The translations under genes and the position numbers were made by a program. Source: Pseudomonas phage D3. Taken from it: a stretch of DNA of 40,000 nt. Under the pieces are notes generated by a model. It saw only the letters and a list, made by a program, of their open reading frames with translations, did not search any database and was not told the DNA's origin. Numbering within the stretch: position 1 is the first letter of the stretch; every line of letters starts with the position of its first letter. This document shows positions 35,742 through 40,000 of this stretch, piece by piece. Location of the stretch: sequence record AF165214.2; one strand, given 5' to 3'.

Positions 35742-36494
35742 TCACTCCTGGGAGCGCTTGGCGCGCTCGCGAGCCTTGGTAAGCCGTGCCAGTGCCGCAT
35801 CGAAGTCGGCGGATGGGACACCCTCAGCCGAGCCGTACATAGCATCGAAGGCTTCTTGCGTGTCCTGAAGGCACTGGGAGAGAAGGGCTTTCAGTTGCTG
35901 CGCCTGAGCTTTGGTAATGAGCTTCTTTGGCGGCACAGCCGCGTTGCCGTCGTCGTCCTCGCCGCGAGTGGTGATGTTCAGCAGTGCGGAAAGCACGTAA
36001 CGCTTGCCGTAGCTGACCGATGATCCAAGAGACTGAACGGCGTTCTTGCTGCCACTCGTGTCTAGCGGAACGAGCATCGTCGTCTGCTCTCGGTGTCCGG
36101 CGCAGTGCATCAGAATTCCAGTAACCGAAACGCCAGTCTGAACAGTCTCGACGCGGAAGCTCACTGCGAAACCGAACCGCTGCATGATCGGCTTCACGAT
36201 GTCGTTGATGTCTTCGAAGGTCGCGTAGTTGCTGCGCTTTTGGCCGTTGACGGTGATAGCGCCACGCTCGGCAATGCTCGGCAATTCGCTTTGCATGGCG
36301 GCCATGGATGCGTTGAACTCAGCCTCTGCGCTGCGGGACTGCATCCGTTCGTGCATGGCCATCAGGCGCTCCATTTTCTCGATGTCACACGCCGGATCGG
36401 CTGCGGCACGCTGGATAACCTGCAAGATGGTGGCAGACTCCCCCGCATGAACGATAGCGGATGACTCCTGCCGCTGGGCAATGGAATTGCTCAT
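35742..36494 (-). CDS. ERF-family single-strand annealing protein
   Basis: FNASMAAMQSELPSIAERGAITVNGQKRSNYATFEDINDIVKPIMQRFGFAVSFR; neighbours YqaJ exonuclease. Confidence 0.9.
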   Translation of the reverse strand: MSNSIAQRQESSAIVHAGESATILQVIQRAAADPACDIEKMERLMAMHERMQSRSAEAEFNASMAAMQSELPSIAERGAITVNGQKRSNYATFEDINDIVKPIMQRFGFAVSFRVETVQTGVSVTGILMHCAGHREQTTMLVPLDTSGSKNAVQSLGSSVSYGKRYVLSALLNITTRGEDDDGNAAVPPKKLITKAQAQQLKALLSQCLQDTQEAFDAMYGSAEGVPSADFDAALARLTKARERAKRSQE

Positions 36495-36502
36495 GACGAA
36501 CC

Positions 36503-37573
36503 TCAGTAGTTGATTGTGATGTGAGGAACCTTGCGCTGAGCGATCAGTGTGATCGCCTGCTTGGCGCATTCCCCGGGCATGCCGCCGGCGATCAGGGCCG
36601 CCAGGGCTTCGTTGTTGATGGCTTTCTTGTGGGCCTTGTCGGATTCTCGTGCTGCTGCCTCGCGCTCGATCCTGGCCTGCTCGTCGGCCTGCCGTTGGCG
36701 CTCTGCGGCAGTGGCTTCTTCGGCGCGCCGCTGTGCATCACGCTCAGCCTGCTCGGCGCGTTGCTGTGCTTCCAGCTTCTCGCGCTCCGCCTTCTCGGCA
36801 GCGAGTCGCAATTCCAGTTCCCGGCGCTCAGCGGCGGCCTTGGCTTCTGCTTCGCGGCGAGCGGTGGCGTCGCGTTCTTCCTGGGCTCGGCGTTCGGCGG
36901 CAAGGCGCTCAGCTTCAGCCGCTTCGCGGGCAATACGCTCCTCGCGCTCCTTCTGCTCGCGGGCGGCAGCTTCGGCGCGCAGTCGCTCCAGTTCGGCCTG
37001 CTCGGCTTCATACTTCTCGCGTGCAACGAGGGCTTCGCGCAGCGCGGCCAGGGCCTTGCCCTTGGTACGGGCTGCCTCGGTTTCGAACTCTTCCCAGTCC
37101 TCGCCAATCAAGAGGCCTTCCAGCCACTCAATGTTGGCTTTCAACTCGGTCGAATCTAGGTCGCGGCATTCCAGGCGCATCTTGATCTGATCGATGCCGG
37201 CCTGGTGTTTGGCCTTGCGCATTTCCTCGCGCTGCTCCCAATCCGTTAGGGGCTGGCGTACCTCTGCCTGCCAGGAGTCCAGCAGGTCACGCATGCGCTT
37301 ACGCTCGGCGTCGACCTTCTTCGGAACTTCCTTCAGCTCGGCGACCAGTTCCTTGCCCAGGTTGTCCAGCGCCGTCTTGGAGCGGGCTACCTTGTAGGCG
37401 ATGGAGGCGACGGCCTCTCTGCCCTTGCGGGTAGTGACGTCTGGCACGAAGCCGTCGATCTCTTCGCGAATCTTGGCCAGGAACGGGTCAAGGCCATTGG
37501 CGGCCGAGTAGACCTGTAGTGCGGTTTCTTTGGCCGGCACTTCGACCAATTGGGTTTCTGCAAACATGAGCAA
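36503..37573 (-). CDS. coiled-coil/TolA-like protein adjacent to ERF
   Basis: 356 aa; long Ala/Glu/Arg coiled coil. Confidence 0.6.
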   Translation of the reverse strand: MLMFAETQLVEVPAKETALQVYSAANGLDPFLAKIREEIDGFVPDVTTRKGREAVASIAYKVARSKTALDNLGKELVAELKEVPKKVDAERKRMRDLLDSWQAEVRQPLTDWEQREEMRKAKHQAGIDQIKMRLECRDLDSTELKANIEWLEGLLIGEDWEEFETEAARTKGKALAALREALVAREKYEAEQAELERLRAEAAAREQKEREERIAREAAEAERLAAERRAQEERDATARREAEAKAAAERRELELRLAAEKAEREKLEAQQRAEQAERDAQRRAEEATAAERQRQADEQARIEREAAARESDKAHKKAINNEALAALIAGGMPGECAKQAITLIAQRKVPHITINY

Positions 37574-37614
37574 TACCTCGCCGCGACAGGCGCGGCATGG
37601 TGAAGAGAAAGTTG

Positions 37615-37752
37615 TTACCGCTCTGCCGATCGAAGACCGGCGGGTTGTTCGGCGGTGATCAGGCCGCCCCAGGCAGGGGCGAAGATGAGCAGGACGTAGA
37701 AGGCGGTCATGGCCAGGGCGCCGAGGAAGGTGGCTTTACGCTTCGCGTTCAT
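37615..37752 (-). CDS. small membrane protein (45 aa), not in ORF track
   Basis: MNAKRKATFLGALAMTAFYVLLIFAPAWGGLITAEQPAGLRSAER. Confidence 0.5.
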   Translation of the reverse strand: MNAKRKATFLGALAMTAFYVLLIFAPAWGGLITAEQPAGLRSAER

Positions 37753-38093
37753 GGCATGTTTTCACCGATCTGCGCGGCACACAGAACGATTGCCTTTCTG
37801 CATGCGGCATTCCTGTCTCCACCGAACTCTTCCCAGTGCACCTCATGCTGGCAGCCGCCTGCCGGCATTAATGCGAGGATTTCTCCGGAGCAAAGATCGA
37901 CGTAAGCCGATGTCCAGCCTTGGCCGATTGTTAGACCGAGGCTGTTTGCAAGGCGCAGCGCAGCACCGTCGTCTACCAGCGGGTTCCACACGTGTCCGTC
38001 GGTCACCAACTTTGGGCAGCCATCCAGGGTGTCGATGTGGTAGTCCAGTCCGATGGACTTCGCCGCCAGGACAAGCAGGTCATGATCAGTCAC
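37749..38093 (-). CDS. hypothetical early protein
   Basis: 114 aa, MTDHDLLVLAAKSIGLDYHIDTLDGCPKLVTDGHVWNPLVDDGAALRLANSLGL. Confidence 0.6.
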   Translation of the reverse strand: MTDHDLLVLAAKSIGLDYHIDTLDGCPKLVTDGHVWNPLVDDGAALRLANSLGLTIGQGWTSAYVDLCSGEILALMPAGGCQHEVHWEEFGGDRNAACRKAIVLCAAQIGENMP

Positions 38094-38268
38094 GACGCAC
38101 CCCCAGGCACTTCCGGCCTTTCTTGATGGTCAGCGCCATGCGACGCGGCAGGTTCACCACCAGGGTCTCGCGCGGCAGGCCGAGCACAGCGGCGATATCG
38201 GCGCCGGCCGGCATCACCAGGTCGTCGAGTTGGTCGTCGATGATCGAGCGAACGGGGCGGGTGGTCAT
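38086..38268 (-). CDS. hypothetical early protein
   Basis: 60 aa, overlapping neighbours. Confidence 0.5.
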   Translation of the reverse strand: MTTRPVRSIIDDQLDDLVMPAGADIAAVLGLPRETLVVNLPRRMALTIKKGRKCLGVRRD

Positions 38269-38639
38269 AGGTCGATGCTCCTCAGTTCTTGCTTTCTCGC
38301 ATCCGCTGCGGCGTCGAGCCGGCGGCGCATGTCGTCGTATTGCCGGGTGCAGCTATCCCGCAGCCACCGGTAGCGTGCTGCGTCCTTGCGTAGATGTTCC
38401 ACCTCGGCAATCAGCGCCAAGATTGTTTTCGCTGAGGCATTCGCCGCCGCCTGCATCTTATCGACAGGACTCAACCCGTCGAGATCCTCTTCGTTCCAAT
38501 CATCGGTGCTATGGAATGCCTTACCTGCACGCGCGACTTGCTCCAGCACGGAATCCACCAAGTCGCATCCAGTTGGATCGAAGCCGTAGTAGTAGGCGTC
38601 GAGATTGCGCGTCGACTTCGCCCTGTTGATATCGGTCAT
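38265..38639 (-). CDS. hypothetical early protein
   Basis: 124 aa with TILALIAEVEHLRKDAARYRWLRD segment. Confidence 0.55.
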   Translation of the reverse strand: MTDINRAKSTRNLDAYYYGFDPTGCDLVDSVLEQVARAGKAFHSTDDWNEEDLDGLSPVDKMQAAANASAKTILALIAEVEHLRKDAARYRWLRDSCTRQYDDMRRRLDAAADARKQELRSIDL

Positions 38640-39244
38640 GGCTTGGCTCCTTCCAGGGCTGCTCCGATGATCCTTTCGATCTCGTCGCAGTGGTCGTAGA
38701 TGTCATTCGGGTGAGTGCCGTTATTCAAGCCGCTGACCATGTTCACGAGGTCGCGGGTAAGTGGGCGGAGATTCCCGTCGACCTCGGCTTGAACGGCATG
38801 TAGCGCTCCCCGCAGCGTCTCGTTCTCCGCCTTGAGCCTGTCCCGATCCACTTCGGCCGATTGGAGCTTCTGCCGTAGCTGGTTGATCGTCTGACTGTCC
38901 CTGGCAATCTGCTGGCGTTGTTCCTCGATCAGTTCTTGATCTCGGTCCCATGCCGCTTGTGCAGTTTCCAGCGTCTGCGGGCACTTCTCGGCGCGGGCGT
39001 AGTTGACGCTGTGGTTTCGCCAGCCAGACGCTTTCATCCCGTCGATCTCGTCCAGCAGGGCGAGGATTGCTTTCGGCTCGACAGCTTCCCGAAACTTGGT
39101 TATGGCGAATATGTGTTCAAGGCTCGGCGTTCCATGCAAGGCATCAGCCCGCTTAGCCAGCCTCCGCAGCTCTGCGTGGTCGGACATGATCTGGTCCGCC
39201 TGCTTCACGCTTTCCAGCAGTTCGTTGAAAAGTGGCTCATCCAT
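38636..39244 (-). CDS. Ead/Ea22-like protein, paralogue of 29302-29991
   Basis: shares ILALLDEIDGMKASGWRNHSVNYARAEKCPQTLETAQAAWDRDQELIEEQRQQIARDSQTINQLRQKLQSAEVDRDRLKAENE. Confidence 0.65.
   Translation of the reverse strand: MDEPLFNELLESVKQADQIMSDHAELRRLAKRADALHGTPSLEHIFAITKFREAVEPKAILALLDEIDGMKASGWRNHSVNYARAEKCPQTLETAQAAWDRDQELIEEQRQQIARDSQTINQLRQKLQSAEVDRDRLKAENETLRGALHAVQAEVDGNLRPLTRDLVNMVSGLNNGTHPNDIYDHCDEIERIIGAALEGAKP
38821..39064. repeat. about 242-nt near-perfect direct repeat, copy 2
   Basis: matches 29559-29802. Confidence 0.88.
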
Positions 39245-39407
39245 TTTTCTTCACCTCGGTGCCGGCTTCGCGCAGCGCCTTTACAATCTCTGCGCGCTCT
39301 CGCTGTTGAGCCTTGACATCAACGACGCCACGGCCATTGCAAACGTGACACCAGCGCCGCTCTAGGTCATAGCCTCGGCAATAGGGGCATGGTCTAAGCT
39401 CAGGCAT
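39237..39407 (-). CDS. small zinc-finger-like protein
   Basis: MPELRPCPYCRGYDLERRWCHVCNGRGVVDV two CxxC pairs. Confidence 0.6.
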   Translation of the reverse strand: MPELRPCPYCRGYDLERRWCHVCNGRGVVDVKAQQRERAEIVKALREAGTEVKKNG

Positions 39408-39409
39408 GA

Positions 39410-39895
39410 TCAGGACTCCTTTGGATGGCCGCGCAGCCGGTCGGCTAGCTCCATCTCTGCGTAATAGGCGCTCATGCTTTCGGCGTCGTTGAGGTTCAAC
39501 GTTCCGTAGACGTGGCGGTTGTAGAATTGCGTGGTTCCAAGGCAAGGCTTCGACAGGTTCAACGTGTAGCCGCGTTTGTCGGCCAGGAACTTGGCGACCG
39601 CAGCGGATCGGCTCATGCCTGCTTGGCAGTGAATGATGATCGGTTCATCACCACACTCGTTCACGAAGTCGTGGATCTGCTTGGCGTCAATGTGGCTGAA
39701 CACCCGAAAACCATCGCTTCCCAGGTATCCGTCTACATCATCAAATTCCAGCCGCAGAACGCGCTTGTGATCGCAGGCAAAGGCATACCAGTCGCCCTTG
39801 CTGCCGATGCTGATCACGTTACTCGGCGTCTCGATCCTGCTGGCATCCACTGCGGAGAGGAATGTCACCTCTCGCCTGTTCACTGCTTGCTCCAT
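39410..39895 (-). CDS. dual-specificity/tyrosine phosphatase-like protein
   Basis: PIIIHCQAGMSRSAAVAKFLADKRGY, CX5R(S) P-loop. Confidence 0.75.
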   Translation of the reverse strand: MEQAVNRREVTFLSAVDASRIETPSNVISIGSKGDWYAFACDHKRVLRLEFDDVDGYLGSDGFRVFSHIDAKQIHDFVNECGDEPIIIHCQAGMSRSAAVAKFLADKRGYTLNLSKPCLGTTQFYNRHVYGTLNLNDAESMSAYYAEMELADRLRGHPKES

Positions 39896-40000
39896 CTGCT
39901 CAACTCCTGTCCTTTCTGTTCTGTCTGCTCGTATAGGTTCTGGAAGTCCCCGACTATCCGGAAGATGCCGAAGACGATCAGCGCGATGACCAGCAGCGCG
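39884..40000. repeat. 117-nt perfect direct repeat, copy 2 (runs to window edge)
   Basis: identical to 30492-30608 by eye. Confidence 0.9.

Noticed and set aside
1-40000. CRISPR array, retron, toxin-antitoxin or restriction-modification system
   Set aside because: No regularly spaced repeats, reverse transcriptase, paired TA genes or restriction enzyme motifs seen on reading the ORFs.

Overview
The window reads as the left and centre of a D3-like/lambdoid temperate siphophage genome, probably from a Pseudomonas host, in virion (cos-type) gene order. The late genes are on the + strand: small and large terminase, portal, ClpP-like protease, major capsid, head-tail connectors, gp10-like protein, DUF3168, tail tube, G/GT chaperones, tape measure, minor tail proteins, NlpC/P60, J-like tip protein and a beta-helix tailspike. 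They are followed by an AT-rich lysogenic-conversion block at about 20.9-24.6 kb containing an AT3-SGNH acyltransferase, a Wzy-like polymerase and an unlisted 31-aa membrane peptide that resembles the D3 Iap concept. Next come an HNH gene, an R/Rz/Rz1-type lysis cassette, a tRNA-Leu 3'-end attP core, a tyrosine integrase with an excisionase-like HTH gene, and a long minus-strand early operon (Ead/Ea22-like proteins, LytTR, YqaJ exonuclease, ERF annealase, phosphatase). Main findings: (1) candidate iap-like peptide plus oac/wzy serotype-conversion cassette; (2) canonical G_GGA_AAG -1 frameshift followed by a perfect 9-bp stem; (3) DUF115-like, GT9-like and SAM-methyltransferase genes embedded among head/tail genes; (4) a truncated 5' relic that looks like a GH19 endolysin next to an HNH gene; (5) several intrinsic-terminator-like hairpins inside the late operon; (6) nested perfect palindrome upstream of xis/int; (7) duplicated early-region segments flanking the recombination genes; (8) orphan LytTR protein. 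All assignments are by reading motifs; no database search was run.
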